Translations under genes and position numbers: made by a program
The notes under the pieces: generated by a model
What the model was told of the DNA's origin: nothing
Database searches by the model: none
What the model saw: only the letters and a program-made list of their open reading frames with translations
Shown: in pieces, positions 17,515 to 28,824 of the stretch
Layout of the letters: each line of letters begins with the position of its first letter
How positions within the stretch are numbered: position 1 is the first letter of the stretch
From: Bacilli bacterium
GTDB taxonomy: Bacteria; Bacillota_I; Bacilli_A; RFN20; CAG-826
DNA length: 64,000 nucleotides
Direction: 5' to 3'
Assembly: GCA_045615545.1 (NCBI GenBank)
Contig: JAZLFA010000067.1
Coordinates: forward strand, 279 to 64,278

Positions 17515-18271
17515 AGTTATTACTAAAATTAAAAACAACAAGAGCAATATAACCATTTATTTTGGTAAAGAAAAATTGACTGTTGATAACGATACTTTCG
17601 CAAGCTTTTACTTATACCAAGGCAAAATACTATCTGATAAAGAATTAGATGAAATTAGAAAAGTAAGTGATGCGAGCAAGTATTTCCGTTATGCATTATC
17701 GCTTTTATCAAAAAGAATTTATACCGAATTGAATATGCGAGAAAAGTTATATGCAAAGGGAGCGAATAAAGGACAAGTTGATCGTTTGATTATTGTATTA
17801 AAGAAAAACGATCTCATCTCGGATAAAGCTTTTATTGAAGATTACATCGAATACGCTAACGAGAAAGGATATGGCAAAAATAAGATTATTGCTAATTTAA
17901 CCCGTAAAGGAATATTTAAAAGCGACATTGCTAAAATATCATTCCCACTAGCTAAAGAGCGTAGCAAGGCTAAAAATACCCTTCCTCGTTTAGAAAAACA
18001 ATATGATAAATATAACGAAGCCTCTAAAAGAGAACATATCAAGGCAGCGTTAATTAGACAAGGTTTTGATATTGAAGTAGCTAATGAAGTTGTTGGTTAT
18101 ATTAAACCTAACAACAAAAGCGATGAAATATCTAAACTAAAGAAAGATATTAAGGCGACAAAAACTAGATTAGCGAGAAAATATCAAGGACGTGAATTAA
18201 AAGAAAAATGTATACAATGCTTAATCCGTAAGGGTTATCACTTAAACGATATTATTAAAGAAATGGAGTAA
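17492..18271 (+). CDS. recX: RecX-like regulatory protein
   Basis: Three-repeat helical RecX-like sequence; start reassigned to GTG 17492 after a GAGG RBS because the ORF-track start lies inside the GT4 gene. Confidence 0.55.
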   Translation: MLSKNTGKVITKIKNNKSNITIYFGKEKLTVDNDTFASFYLYQGKILSDKELDEIRKVSDASKYFRYALSLLSKRIYTELNMREKLYAKGANKGQVDRLIIVLKKNDLISDKAFIEDYIEYANEKGYGKNKIIANLTRKGIFKSDIAKISFPLAKERSKAKNTLPRLEKQYDKYNEASKREHIKAALIRQGFDIEVANEVVGYIKPNNKSDEISKLKKDIKATKTRLARKYQGRELKEKCIQCLIRKGYHLNDIIKEME

Positions 18272-18277
18272 AAATAT

Positions 18278-19210
18278 ATGAAACTAGTAAAAGAATTTGT
18301 TGAAGGAGATTCACTCGTTACTCAATTATTGGTGAACAATGTTAGTAAAGGAGTAAACGCTACTGGATCAAGCTATCTTAATGTTGAGCTTAGAGATGCG
18401 AGTGGTGTAATTCAAGCTAAGAAGTGGGAAGTAGTTGAAGGTGACGAAAATATTTTTGTTGCAGGCAATGTTATTGAAGTAGGGCTTGAAATTATCATGT
18501 ATCGCACATCCTTACAAGGTAAGATTATTAATGCAAAATTAGTGCCACTTGATAGTATTGATGTAGCGAAATTTGTTAAACAAGCTCCAATTAGTAAAGA
18601 TGAACTTAAAAAGCAATTACTCGCCCATGTTAATTCTATTAAAAATGAAGAATGTAACAAGATTGTTAATTACTTTATTAAAAAGTTTGAAAAACAAATT
18701 TATGATCATCCAGCCGCTAGCTCAATCCATCATGAATATAATAGTGGTTTATTAATGCACACTGTCAGCATGGCAAATATTGCAGTAAATGTGGAAAATA
18801 TGTATCCAGAAATTAATCATGATTTACTTCTCTCTGGAATCATTCTTCATGATATTGGTAAGATTATCGAACTTGAAGGACCGGTTGTATATAAATATTC
18901 TATTGAAGGTAAATTAATCGGCCATATTTCAATTATGGTTAGTGAAATACGTAAAGCTGCTGATGAATTAAAAATTAGTGATGAAATTAGAGTATTGCTT
19001 GAACATATGGTTTTATCACATCACGGACAACTTGAATATGGTTCACCAGTTTTACCACAAACTAGAGAGGCTTTATTAATTTCATTAATTGATAATCTTG
19101 ATAGCAAAATGACTATTGTTGATAAAGCATTAGAAGGAATAGAAAAGGGCGAATGGTCCCAGAAGGTATACGCCCTTGATTCTCGTTGCTTCTATAAGCA
19201 CGGTTTATAA
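18278..19210 (+). CDS. yhaM: 3'-5' exoribonuclease YhaM (OB-fold plus HD domain)
   Basis: N-terminal OB fold and HD motif (ILHDIGK...HH). Confidence 0.8.
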   Translation: MKLVKEFVEGDSLVTQLLVNNVSKGVNATGSSYLNVELRDASGVIQAKKWEVVEGDENIFVAGNVIEVGLEIIMYRTSLQGKIINAKLVPLDSIDVAKFVKQAPISKDELKKQLLAHVNSIKNEECNKIVNYFIKKFEKQIYDHPAASSIHHEYNSGLLMHTVSMANIAVNVENMYPEINHDLLLSGIILHDIGKIIELEGPVVYKYSIEGKLIGHISIMVSEIRKAADELKISDEIRVLLEHMVLSHHGQLEYGSPVLPQTREALLISLIDNLDSKMTIVDKALEGIEKGEWSQKVYALDSRCFYKHGL

Positions 19211-19621
19211 TTATAAAGATTTCTTTATTTCGTCTTTCAACGCTGGTAGGTTTATGCCTGCGGCGTTTTCTTTAAATTCAATCTTTAATGCGTCATTAGC
19301 ATCAAAACGTGGAATAACGTGGACATGAAAGTGTTTAACTGTTTGTCCCGCAGCTTCGTAGCAATTGGTTAATATATTTACCCCGTTAGCGTGTAATGAT
19401 GTGATTTGTGCTTGCCCAATGCGTTGAGCAACATCCATTACCTTATGCATAAGTTCTTTTGGAACTGATAAAAAATTATCATAATGTTTTTTAGGGATAA
19501 CAAGGGTATGGCCTTTAGTTACTTGACTTATATCAAGAAACGCCATAATTTCATCATCCTCATAAACAATATGAGCAGGGATTTCTCCATCTACAATTTT
19601 GCAAAATACATCTTTTTCCAT
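19211..19621 (-). CDS. HIT-family (Hint) nucleotide hydrolase
   Basis: Histidine triad HFHVHVIP. Confidence 0.85.
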   Translation of the reverse strand: MEKDVFCKIVDGEIPAHIVYEDDEIMAFLDISQVTKGHTLVIPKKHYDNFLSVPKELMHKVMDVAQRIGQAQITSLHANGVNILTNCYEAAGQTVKHFHVHVIPRFDANDALKIEFKENAAGINLPALKDEIKKSL

Positions 19622-19630
19622 TTTTTCCTC

Positions 19631-20248
19631 CTAAAATAATTCTTCCTTTAATTTAATTGAATCTGCTTCGGTTATTTTTCTTATTGGTTTACATGGATTG
19701 CCATAGGCTAAATAATTATCAGGTATGTCTTTACTGACAACACTTCCCGCACCTATTACTACTCCATTACCGATATTAACTCCTGGTAGAATAGTGACGT
19801 TTCCCGCAATCCAACAATTATTTCCAATTGTAACTGGTTTACCATATTCTTTATCAGTTAGTTTGTTTAGTTTATTATCAAAATATTTATTCCTCTCTTG
19901 ATACATCAAGGGATGTAAAGGAGTATATATTGATACATTTGGTCCAAAGAAACAATCATCTCCGATTATAACTGGGCATACATCTAATATCGTTAATCCA
20001 TTATTTGCGTAAAAGTTTTTGCCAATTTTGGTATGGATTCCATAATCGACGTATAGATTTCCTTGAATATAGATTCCTTCTTTATGATTTGGAAAAATTT
20101 CATCTAATAATTTCATCTTTTTTGGATTGGAATCATAACAAGCATTAAAATCTTTTACTTTATCGTGTGCGTTATGCGCGATAGAAACACTATATGCTGA
20201 ACCATCAACATATATTTTTCCCGCTAGCATCTTCTTATATTCTTCCAT
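19631..20248 (-). CDS. maa: Maltose/galactoside O-acetyltransferase (hexapeptide-repeat family)
   Basis: Left-handed beta-helix hexapeptide repeats (IGNNCWIAGNVTILPGVNIGNGVVIGAGSVV). Confidence 0.8.
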   Translation of the reverse strand: MEEYKKMLAGKIYVDGSAYSVSIAHNAHDKVKDFNACYDSNPKKMKLLDEIFPNHKEGIYIQGNLYVDYGIHTKIGKNFYANNGLTILDVCPVIIGDDCFFGPNVSIYTPLHPLMYQERNKYFDNKLNKLTDKEYGKPVTIGNNCWIAGNVTILPGVNIGNGVVIGAGSVVSKDIPDNYLAYGNPCKPIRKITEADSIKLKEELF

Positions 20249-20289
20249 AAACCTACCATATCTATTTTAAAACAAAATAGGGTAAAGAA

Positions 20290-20316
20290 AAAGAACCGCA
20301 TTTGATTGCGGTTCTT
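20290..20316 (-). terminator. Terminator hairpin GAACCGCA-TTTGAT-TGCGGTTC with a T-rich tail on the minus strand
   Basis: Perfect 8-bp stem downstream of the lipoprotein gene pair. Confidence 0.7.
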
Positions 20317-20329
20317 GTTTGATTATTAA

Positions 20330-22132
20330 TTATTCAAATAATTCTGGATAGTTGCTCTTGAAGTAATCGTAAACAGCTTGATCATGATATTTGATTTCCA
20401 TCTTTTCAAGATAGTATTTAGTAGCAAGTGTGCCATATGATTCACTTACACCAACAATCTTTGTGATTTCGTTAATCATTTCTTCCATTGCTTCTGCACC
20501 ACGTGTGTTACGGTATGAGTTGGCGCTTGTCTTAGAAAGTTTTGAGGAAGAACAAGCTTCTTCAATTTGAACAACATAATATGTTTTACTTGAAGAATCG
20601 TAATGTAAGATGTCTTTTGTTGGATCATCATCAACACCGATACGGCTACTTGTCTTTAAGTAGTTCTTACCGTTGATTCTTGCAACATAAGCATTTTCAT
20701 CTTCTGGAACGATATAGTCATAACTTCCATCAATTAATTGCCAACGATCAACTTCTTTTCTTTCTTCAGCAGTTTCTTTTACACCATTAGCAACACCGAT
20801 ATTGAATAATCTACTTCTAATAGAATCTGGTAATTGTGTTAAGCCACCATTTTTAATGAACCAACCAGTTGTGGTGTGGTCTTTAAGTTTGAGTTCTCTT
20901 TCTTTGATTTCTCTTCCAACTTCAATTGGATATGAGTTACTACCAGTAAATTCGCTTTCAGCAGATGTATCTGTTAATGCTGGGTTAACTTTGATGGATT
21001 CATACTTCTTCATCATGTCACCATATTCGGTTCCAAGATAAACTGTATCACCAATAACTTCATCATCAAGTTTGAAGACGTTACCGTTTGATTTTTCTTG
21101 GATGTCTGCAATGATTGCTTTTTGTTCATCTGTTAATCCAGGTGCACCAACTAAGATGTTGGAGTAATCTTTAAAGACATCAAGTGTGATTTCGTCTTCG
21201 CTTGGTAAAGCGTTGATTCTTTCAACTAAGTGGTTTGCGACATAGTCAGCAACCATTGGGTATTCACTATTATTAGCAATAGTAATGATATTCACTTTAC
21301 GAGCGTAGCTACGTCCGAGAGTGTTATATGTTTCATCTAATAGATATTGCTCAGTCAATAATTGAGTAGAGATATCTGGGATGAGCTTCTTTTCTACATA
21401 GTGATAGGTATCACCAGTGAAGTATTCTTTATGTAAGAAGGCTTCGAAGACTTGTTCTGGTTCATAATCAGGTGTTAATAAACCTTCATATAATTCCCCA
21501 GCAAAGCCTGAAACTAATGGATCAGCAACATCTTCCATAGCACCTTTTAAAGCGACTAAGAATTTCTTTTCTGAGAAGATGCTTCTATCGCTATAAGAGC
21601 CAGATGAGATTTTATCGTACATAGTTGTAGCGATACGATCTTGGATGGTGCTCCATTTTGCCCAGACACGGATGAGTTCTGATTTACACGCATCAGCGTC
21701 TTCGCTAACTTCTTTAATATCTTCTGGATTATCATCGTTAACACGTTTTCCATCATCGTTAACTGTCCAGTAAGCTTTGTGTGTTTTGACAAATGAATTT
21801 GTCTTTGGTGTTGTTGCTGCATTCATTTCAGCAAAACATTCTTCTAATGTGATGTCTTCGGCACTAGGTGCTGGAGTAACATTTCTAGAATAGAAACCAA
21901 TGACTGATTGAGAATAACGATATAAAACTTCGTTAAGGACATCGTCACCGACACCGCCATCTCTAATTGCGTCATAAACAACACTTGCGACGTTGTTATA
22001 AACTTCTTCGTCAAATTCTACTAATTTAGAATCATAATCGGTTGGCTTTGCAATGATTTCATCACAAGCTGTTAATCCTAATAATCCGATAGCAGAGAGG
22101 ACTAATACTTTAGCAATCTTTTTACTTAACAT
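20330..22132 (-). CDS. Large lipoprotein (about 600 aa), paralog of the upstream lipoprotein
   Basis: Start set at ATG 22132 (AGGAGG RBS) giving MLSKKIAKVLVLSAIGLLGLTAC lipobox; overlaps the upstream gene by 11 nt. Confidence 0.6.
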   Translation of the reverse strand: MLSKKIAKVLVLSAIGLLGLTACDEIIAKPTDYDSKLVEFDEEVYNNVASVVYDAIRDGGVGDDVLNEVLYRYSQSVIGFYSRNVTPAPSAEDITLEECFAEMNAATTPKTNSFVKTHKAYWTVNDDGKRVNDDNPEDIKEVSEDADACKSELIRVWAKWSTIQDRIATTMYDKISSGSYSDRSIFSEKKFLVALKGAMEDVADPLVSGFAGELYEGLLTPDYEPEQVFEAFLHKEYFTGDTYHYVEKKLIPDISTQLLTEQYLLDETYNTLGRSYARKVNIITIANNSEYPMVADYVANHLVERINALPSEDEITLDVFKDYSNILVGAPGLTDEQKAIIADIQEKSNGNVFKLDDEVIGDTVYLGTEYGDMMKKYESIKVNPALTDTSAESEFTGSNSYPIEVGREIKERELKLKDHTTTGWFIKNGGLTQLPDSIRSRLFNIGVANGVKETAEERKEVDRWQLIDGSYDYIVPEDENAYVARINGKNYLKTSSRIGVDDDPTKDILHYDSSSKTYYVVQIEEACSSSKLSKTSANSYRNTRGAEAMEEMINEITKIVGVSESYGTLATKYYLEKMEIKYHDQAVYDYFKSNYPELFE

Positions 22133-23954
22133 AGTAACAAGCTCCTCCTGGGACAACCCAATCATTATTAATGCCAGCGATAATACGTTCTGTTTCTGTC
22201 ATCTTAAATCCGATAACACAACGTGTTGGGATTAAACGATAATCAGTAGTTGCATCAACGTATTCAACACGGTTAGCATTTTGTAATTCGATTAATTCGG
22301 CATATGTTCTCCAAGCCTTATTTAAAGTTTCTTTAGCAGAGTTGGAGTTTGTATATCTTGTAGCAGTGATATATTCAGTGATCTTTTTGCCTAAATCTAT
22401 ACCATCAGTGTTATTGAATCTTAGACCGACTGAATATTTTTCGTATAAACGATAATCGTAAGTGGAATCAAATGACTTAATAGCAGATTTAATTTCGCTT
22501 GCACGTGTTTCGTATACGGATTTATCTGTTGAATAGATGTAGTTGACATATGTGTTCTTGTCTTTTCCATCTGGATCAACTGGATATTTTTCATCACCTG
22601 GAACTGTGTTGGTGTAATATTCTTCTAATGAAACATCATATGAATCTTTTCCACCTTCACAGAAATCATAGATTGATTTTTGTAAAATCATGAAGTGAAT
22701 ACCATGTTCACTACGAACGCCAATAATAACATTACCGTTTTCATCAGTTAAGACTGATTTGCCAGTACTAGCATCAATGAGTTTGAATCTAGGATTTAAT
22801 AGTGTTTCGTCATCAACAACGAGTGGGAAGTTGATTGCATCACCAATATTATCTTCATCAAGAACCTCATTTGTAATAACAAATGGGTTATGGAAGTTTA
22901 AGTATTTGTTCCAAAGAACATTTCTTGGATAGTAGTGTGAGTTGTTACCATTAACTTCACGACCTTGTTTATCAGCAACATCTTCTGCAACTTCACCAAT
23001 TTTTAAGAATGCTCCGTAAGGAACTTCTTGTAAGCCAAGATTTGTAAAGAAGTCTTTAGCAGTGATTGCATCACTTACTTCAGCATTTAATCCTAAACCT
23101 TCTTCAATCGCACTGTTGCTTGCTTCACTAATAGCTTCATAAGCATAAATACCTAATTTAAATTCGTTAACGAATGAAGTGGTTGTGGTCATAATACCAA
23201 GGTCACCACCTTTTTCAGCACTACCAGTATCTTCTGAGATCTTTGTAGCAACTTCTGAGAAAACGAATGATGTGTCAGTTAAATACTTAATTGATTCGCT
23301 TAAGTTTTTAGCTTCGCCTTCGGAAATAGTGCCATCATAGAAACTAGATGCACCTTCTGCGACTTTTACTAAAACGTGACGAACGTGGAATGGATACGAA
23401 CTCTTAATAGAGCCTTGTGTTTGTACGGCTTCACCTTGATCATCAACACCAATATATTCCTTTGTTAAGGTTTCCTTGTTGTCGACGAAGTATTTGTCTT
23501 CGATTTCTTCCTTTTCGATTTCATATTTGAAGTATTCTAATAATTCATCTGCGTCTTCACAGCCGTGTGAATCAAGAATTTTTTGCCATTCTTCATCATA
23601 TGTTGTTCCGTTGGTTTTACGGTTTTGTTCAGCTTCTTGCTGAGCGCCAGTAACATTACCTTTTGCTTCGGATAGAATCTTTTCTTTTGATTTCTTGTAA
23701 ATTGTTGTACTTGAAGAATCGAATTCATGACGGATGATTGATTCCAGAATTGCATTGTAGAATTTGGAAATTCCATCAGATGATTCACGATACTTGTCAT
23801 AGATATCATTGGTTAAGACGGTAACTTCTTTTCCAGCGCTATCTTTGAATGTAACGATAGCTTTTTCTTTAGTTGTAACTTCGTTACATGCGGCAAGTGC
23901 GAGTACTGCAATGAGGGAAGAAACTAAACCGATTGATAGTTTTTTCTTGTTCAT
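22122..23954 (-). CDS. prsA: Large lipoprotein with a parvulin-type PPIase domain (PrsA-like foldase, extended)
   Basis: Lipobox LAACNE; parvulin motifs VRHVLVKV and GGDLG...EFK. Confidence 0.6.
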   Translation of the reverse strand: MNKKKLSIGLVSSLIAVLALAACNEVTTKEKAIVTFKDSAGKEVTVLTNDIYDKYRESSDGISKFYNAILESIIRHEFDSSSTTIYKKSKEKILSEAKGNVTGAQQEAEQNRKTNGTTYDEEWQKILDSHGCEDADELLEYFKYEIEKEEIEDKYFVDNKETLTKEYIGVDDQGEAVQTQGSIKSSYPFHVRHVLVKVAEGASSFYDGTISEGEAKNLSESIKYLTDTSFVFSEVATKISEDTGSAEKGGDLGIMTTTTSFVNEFKLGIYAYEAISEASNSAIEEGLGLNAEVSDAITAKDFFTNLGLQEVPYGAFLKIGEVAEDVADKQGREVNGNNSHYYPRNVLWNKYLNFHNPFVITNEVLDEDNIGDAINFPLVVDDETLLNPRFKLIDASTGKSVLTDENGNVIIGVRSEHGIHFMILQKSIYDFCEGGKDSYDVSLEEYYTNTVPGDEKYPVDPDGKDKNTYVNYIYSTDKSVYETRASEIKSAIKSFDSTYDYRLYEKYSVGLRFNNTDGIDLGKKITEYITATRYTNSNSAKETLNKAWRTYAELIELQNANRVEYVDATTDYRLIPTRCVIGFKMTETERIIAGINNDWVVPGGACYYVK

Positions 23955-24155
23955 TTTAACTCTCCTTTTCTGAATGTATAGCGGTTATATTATATATAAT
24001 TGGTATTTTTCTTTGCAACAACTATTTTTAATAGTAAGGATAATAGAGTCAAAACTAACCAAGAAATAACCATACAAGTATGACAAAAAAATTATTATAT
24101 CGTTTGAATGTTTCCTATTACTTTTATAAAATATGTGCGATTTGAGGTAAATGGT

Positions 24156-24974
24156 ATGAGCAAACTGGAAATCAAAAATTTACATGTTAATGTCGACCAA
24201 AAAGAAATACTGAAGGGTGTTGATTTAGTTATAACGAGCGGTGAAACTGTCGCACTTCTTGGTCCAAATGGACATGGAAAATCTACATTATTAAATGTAA
24301 TCATGGGTCATCCAAAATATAAAATCACCAAAGGTGAAGTTATATTTGATGGCAAAAAACTTAATGAACTTACTACTGATCAACGCGCAAAACTTGGTCT
24401 ATTTTTAGGCTTCCAAAATCCAGCCGAAGTTCCTGGTGTAAACAATAGCGATTTTTTAAGAGCCGCTGTTAATGCTCATAGTGATAAACCAATCTCAACA
24501 TATAATTTTTATAAGATATTAGACAAAGCTACAAAAGAAGTAAAAATACCTTTTGATTTTGCTAATCGTAGTTTGAATGAAGGGTTTTCTGGTGGCGAAA
24601 AGAAAAGAAACGAAATTCTTCAACTTTTATTATTGAATCCATCATTAGCTATGCTTGATGAGATTGATTCAGGTTTAGATGTTGACGCAATCAATGTTGT
24701 AGCAGAAGTTATCAATAAGATAAAAGATGAACAAAAAAGCTTTTTAGTCATCTCCCATTATGCTCGATTGTTTGACTTAATTAAACCAACAAGAACCATT
24801 GTAATGATTAATGGAAAAATAGTTCTTGATGGTGGTGTAGATATTATTAAAAGAATAGATGAAACAGGCTATGAGTTTATTAAAACAGAACTCGGAATTG
24901 AAATAGCAAAAGATGAAGCTGAAATGAACACAGTTTCTATTGGAACATGTGCTGTTAAGGAAGCAATAAAATGA
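24156..24974 (+). CDS. sufC: Fe-S cluster assembly ATPase SufC
   Basis: Walker A GPNGHGKST and ABC signature FSGGEKKR; start at ATG 24156 after GAGGT. Confidence 0.9.
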   Translation: MSKLEIKNLHVNVDQKEILKGVDLVITSGETVALLGPNGHGKSTLLNVIMGHPKYKITKGEVIFDGKKLNELTTDQRAKLGLFLGFQNPAEVPGVNNSDFLRAAVNAHSDKPISTYNFYKILDKATKEVKIPFDFANRSLNEGFSGGEKKRNEILQLLLLNPSLAMLDEIDSGLDVDAINVVAEVINKIKDEQKSFLVISHYARLFDLIKPTRTIVMINGKIVLDGGVDIIKRIDETGYEFIKTELGIEIAKDEAEMNTVSIGTCAVKEAIK

Positions 24975-25774
24975 GTTTGATTTTGCCTTTTGAAAAGATA
25001 AACGAAAACGTTAGTTATAATGAAGTACCAACGTATCTTTTTGATGGTAAAAATAATGATAAAAATTTATTTGAAATTGATATAAAAAATGACTGCAAAA
25101 TTATACTAGTAAATATTAATAATGTTTTTCGTGTTCATGCGCGTGTTAGCCCATCAAAAAATGTTACTTTTTCTTTCTTCTCAATCAATAAAATTTCTAC
25201 CGTTGAAATGGAGTTTGATTTATTAGAAAATTCTAACTTAATTGCCTATTTTGCAGATTTTATTTCTAGCGATTGCAAAATGAATGTAAAAGTTAACTTA
25301 AATGGATCAAATTCTTCATGTATTTGGAACTTGGCTTCCTTATCAAAAAATGAAGAGCATAAATATGCTGATGTATCTGTCATTCACAATTCACCAAATA
25401 CGTTCTGCAAGATCAATAATTTTGGTGTTTCAAAAGATCATTCCAAATTAGTATTCTCTGGTATCTGTCATATCAAAAATGGTTCGCACAATTCAAAAGC
25501 ACATCAAAATGCAAAAATCATGGTATTTGATGATTGCTGTGATTCGGTTGCAAAACCGATTTTAAAAATCGATGACAATTCAATTGAGGCAAGCCACGCA
25601 GCTGTTGTTGGGAAGATTAGTGATGATCAATTATTTTATTTAACAAGTCGTGGACTATCTGTTGAACAAGCTCGTGAGTTAATTACATTTGGTTATCTAA
25701 AGCCAATCTTGCTTGGTTTTGAAGATGACAAAATTAAAGAAATGATTACTAAAAGAATAGAGGGGGAATTTTAA
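24971..25774 (+). CDS. sufD: Fe-S cluster assembly protein SufD (short form)
   Basis: Position between sufC and sufS and SufB/D-family C-terminus. Confidence 0.7.
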   Translation: MSLILPFEKINENVSYNEVPTYLFDGKNNDKNLFEIDIKNDCKIILVNINNVFRVHARVSPSKNVTFSFFSINKISTVEMEFDLLENSNLIAYFADFISSDCKMNVKVNLNGSNSSCIWNLASLSKNEEHKYADVSVIHNSPNTFCKINNFGVSKDHSKLVFSGICHIKNGSHNSKAHQNAKIMVFDDCCDSVAKPILKIDDNSIEASHAAVVGKISDDQLFYLTSRGLSVEQARELITFGYLKPILLGFEDDKIKEMITKRIEGEF

Positions 25775-25775
25775 A

Positions 25776-27008
25776 ATGTACGATGTATATGAAATTAGAA
25801 AACAATTCCCAATGTTAAATGGAGAAAAAAAGATGCAAGGAAAGCCATTGATTTTTCTTGACAATTCATCTACTACATTTAAACCACAATGCGTTATTGA
25901 TGCTATTACTAATTATTATTCAAATATGACAAGCAATTCTCATCGCGGCGACTATGATTTAGCCTATAATCTTGACTGTGAAGTTGACGAAACTCGTAAA
26001 GTTGTAGCGAAGTTTGTAAATTGCGATATAAACGAGGTTGTTTTTACCAGCGGAGCTACTATGTCTTCTAATATTATTGCCTATGGTTATGGTGATAAAT
26101 TTATTAAATCTGGTGATGAGATATTGATCGAAGAAACTGGACATGCTTCAAATGTGCTCCCTTATTATCAACTTGCCAAAAGAACTGGTGCTGTCATTAA
26201 GTATATTGAATTAGATAAAGATGGCAGAATTACAACAAAAAACTTGCAAAAAGCTCTCAATTCTAAAACAAAAATAGTAGCTCTTGCGATGATTACAAAT
26301 ACTTTAGGTTATGAAATTGACATTAAAGAATTTGCAAAAATAATTCATAAAAATGGTTCAATTTTTGTTGTAGATGGTGCTCAAGCCGTACCACATACAA
26401 AGATTGATTTTAAAGATAGTGATATCGACTTTATATTCTTTTCCGCTCACAAGATGTGTGGCCCTACTGGAATAGGTTGTTTGATTGGCAAATATTCCTT
26501 GCTTGATAAGATGGATACATTTTTAACTGGTGGAGGAATGAATGAAACATTTATGAAGGTTGATGAATTAATTCCATTTAACCCACCTCGTAAGTTTGAA
26601 GCTGGTACTTTGAATCTAGCTGGTATCATAGGAATGAAAGCTGCAATAAACTTTATTACTAATATTGGTATTGATAATATTCGTAAACATGATATTGAGC
26701 TTCATCGATATGCCGTTCAACAATTAGAAAAGTGTGAAAATGTTATTATTTATAATAAAAATGTTGATACTGCAATTTTATTATTTAATATAAAAGGTGT
26801 TTTTCCTCAAGATGAAGCAACTTTATTTAATTATAAAGGTATAGCAATTAGAAGTGGGGAACACTGTGCAAAATTGTTGGGTGAATATATTGGATGTAAA
26901 GCTACATGTAGAATGTCCACATATTTATATACAACAAAAGAAGAAATTGATGCATTTGTTGATGCCATCAAAAATGGAGGAGATATTTTAGATGCCTACT
27001 TTAACTAA
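25776..27008 (+). CDS. sufS: Cysteine desulfurase SufS
   Basis: Class V aminotransferase fold, PLP lysine region SAHKMCGPTGIG, catalytic Cys near the C-terminus. Confidence 0.9.
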   Translation: MYDVYEIRKQFPMLNGEKKMQGKPLIFLDNSSTTFKPQCVIDAITNYYSNMTSNSHRGDYDLAYNLDCEVDETRKVVAKFVNCDINEVVFTSGATMSSNIIAYGYGDKFIKSGDEILIEETGHASNVLPYYQLAKRTGAVIKYIELDKDGRITTKNLQKALNSKTKIVALAMITNTLGYEIDIKEFAKIIHKNGSIFVVDGAQAVPHTKIDFKDSDIDFIFFSAHKMCGPTGIGCLIGKYSLLDKMDTFLTGGGMNETFMKVDELIPFNPPRKFEAGTLNLAGIIGMKAAINFITNIGIDNIRKHDIELHRYAVQQLEKCENVIIYNKNVDTAILLFNIKGVFPQDEATLFNYKGIAIRSGEHCAKLLGEYIGCKATCRMSTYLYTTKEEIDAFVDAIKNGGDILDAYFN

Positions 27009-27423
27009 TGAGATGATGCGTCAAATCATCATGGATCACTATTCAAATCCAATTCATAAAGGCCAACCAAAAACAGATGGTTACCTAAAAACCCATATGC
27101 ACTCTGATAACTGTATTGATGATTTAGATATTTTTCTATTAATAGAAAATGATATAGTAAAGGATGCGTGTTTTGATGGTGTTGGTTGCACCATTTCAAC
27201 TTCATCAACAGATATTATGTGTGAACTATTAATTGGTAAAACAAAGGAACAAGCTTTTTATATTATTGAGCAATATCATCATATGATTCATGAAGAGCCA
27301 TTTGATGGTGATTCTTTAGAAGAAGCAATTGCGTTTATTAATACATCTAAACAAGCATCAAGAATTAGATGCGCAACTATAGGTTGGACAGCAGCGGATA
27401 ATATTTTAAAGGAATCAAAATGA
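26992..27423 (+). CDS. sufU: Zinc-dependent sulfurtransferase SufU (IscU-like)
   Basis: NifU/IscU-like Cys and Asp ligands (NCIDD...GCTIS). Confidence 0.85.
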   Translation: MPTLTNEMMRQIIMDHYSNPIHKGQPKTDGYLKTHMHSDNCIDDLDIFLLIENDIVKDACFDGVGCTISTSSTDIMCELLIGKTKEQAFYIIEQYHHMIHEEPFDGDSLEEAIAFINTSKQASRIRCATIGWTAADNILKESK

Positions 27424-28823
27424 AGAAGGAAAATATAAAATTCCAAGAAAATACAACTGAGGTTGACTTTAAAGATGAAGATGTCAGCGTTTTTAAAACT
27501 GGCAAAGGTTTATCTGAAGATGTTGTTAGAGAAATTTCTAGATTAAAAGGTGAACCTGATTGGATGCTTAACTATCGTTTAAAAGCGTTAGAAGCATTTA
27601 CTAAGATGGCTTTACCAAAATTTGGTCCTGATTTATCTTCTTTAGATTTTCAATCTTTTACATACTTTACAAGACCAAGTGATAAAGAAGTTAAGGATTG
27701 GAATCAAGTTCCTGAAACAATTAAAAATACATTTACAAAATTAGGCATTCCTGAGGCTGAACAAAAATATCTAGCTGGTGTTTCTACTCAATATGAGTCT
27801 GAAGTTGTTTATCATAATATGTTAAAAGAAGTGGAAGAAAAAGGTGTTATTTTCCTTTCAACTGATATGGCATTAAAAGTATGTCCTGAAATTGTAAAAA
27901 AATATTTCGGTACAGTTGTGCATTTTGCTGATAACAAATTCTCCGCTTTAAATAGCGCTGTTTGGTCTGGCGGCTCATTTATTTATGTTCCAAAAGGCGT
28001 TCATCTTGAAAAGCCACTTCAAAGCTATTTCCGTATTAATAATGAAAAAAGTGGACAATTTGAACGTACACTTATCATTGTGGAAGAAGGTGCTGATGTA
28101 CATTACGTAGAAGGGTGCACCGCACCTACTTATTCAAAAGAATCATTGCATGCAGCTGTAGTGGAAATTTTTGTTCATAAAAATGGCAAATGTCGTTATT
28201 CAACTGTGCAAAACTGGTCAACAAATATTGTTAATTTAGTGACTAAAAGAGCTATATGTTACGAAGGTGCTCAAATGGAGTGGATTGATGGCAATATTGG
28301 CTCGCAAGTTAATATGAAATATCCTGCTTGTATTTTAGCTGGTGAAGGAGCGAAAGGAACCTGTATTTCTATTGCTGTTGCTGGCAAAGGACAATACCAA
28401 GATGCAGGGGCTAGAATGATTCATCGAGCAAGCAACACATCTAGCACAATTATTTCAAAATCTATTGTAAAATGCGGGGGAATTGCTAATTATCGTGGTA
28501 CAGTAAGACATGAACATGGCGCTAAAAATTGCCGTAGTCATGTTGAATGTGACACCTTAATATTGGACGATATTTCAAAGAGCGATACCATTCCAACAAA
28601 TGAAGTAAGAAACAACACTTCTTATGTCGAACATGAAGCCACTGTAAGTAAGATTAACGAAGAACAATTGTTCTATCTTATGAGCCGTGGATTAAGCGAA
28701 AAAGAAGCTACTCAAATGATAATTATGGGCTTTATTGAACCATTCTCAAAAGAGCTACCAATGGAATATGCGGTTGAATTAAATCAACTTATCAAATTAG
28801 ATATGGAAGGTAGTGTTGGTTAA
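27420..28823 (+). CDS. sufB: Fe-S cluster assembly scaffold SufB
   Basis: Typical SufB length and conserved C-terminal region. Confidence 0.9.
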   Translation: MKKENIKFQENTTEVDFKDEDVSVFKTGKGLSEDVVREISRLKGEPDWMLNYRLKALEAFTKMALPKFGPDLSSLDFQSFTYFTRPSDKEVKDWNQVPETIKNTFTKLGIPEAEQKYLAGVSTQYESEVVYHNMLKEVEEKGVIFLSTDMALKVCPEIVKKYFGTVVHFADNKFSALNSAVWSGGSFIYVPKGVHLEKPLQSYFRINNEKSGQFERTLIIVEEGADVHYVEGCTAPTYSKESLHAAVVEIFVHKNGKCRYSTVQNWSTNIVNLVTKRAICYEGAQMEWIDGNIGSQVNMKYPACILAGEGAKGTCISIAVAGKGQYQDAGARMIHRASNTSSTIISKSIVKCGGIANYRGTVRHEHGAKNCRSHVECDTLILDDISKSDTIPTNEVRNNTSYVEHEATVSKINEEQLFYLMSRGLSEKEATQMIIMGFIEPFSKELPMEYAVELNQLIKLDMEGSVG

Positions 28824-28824
28824 T

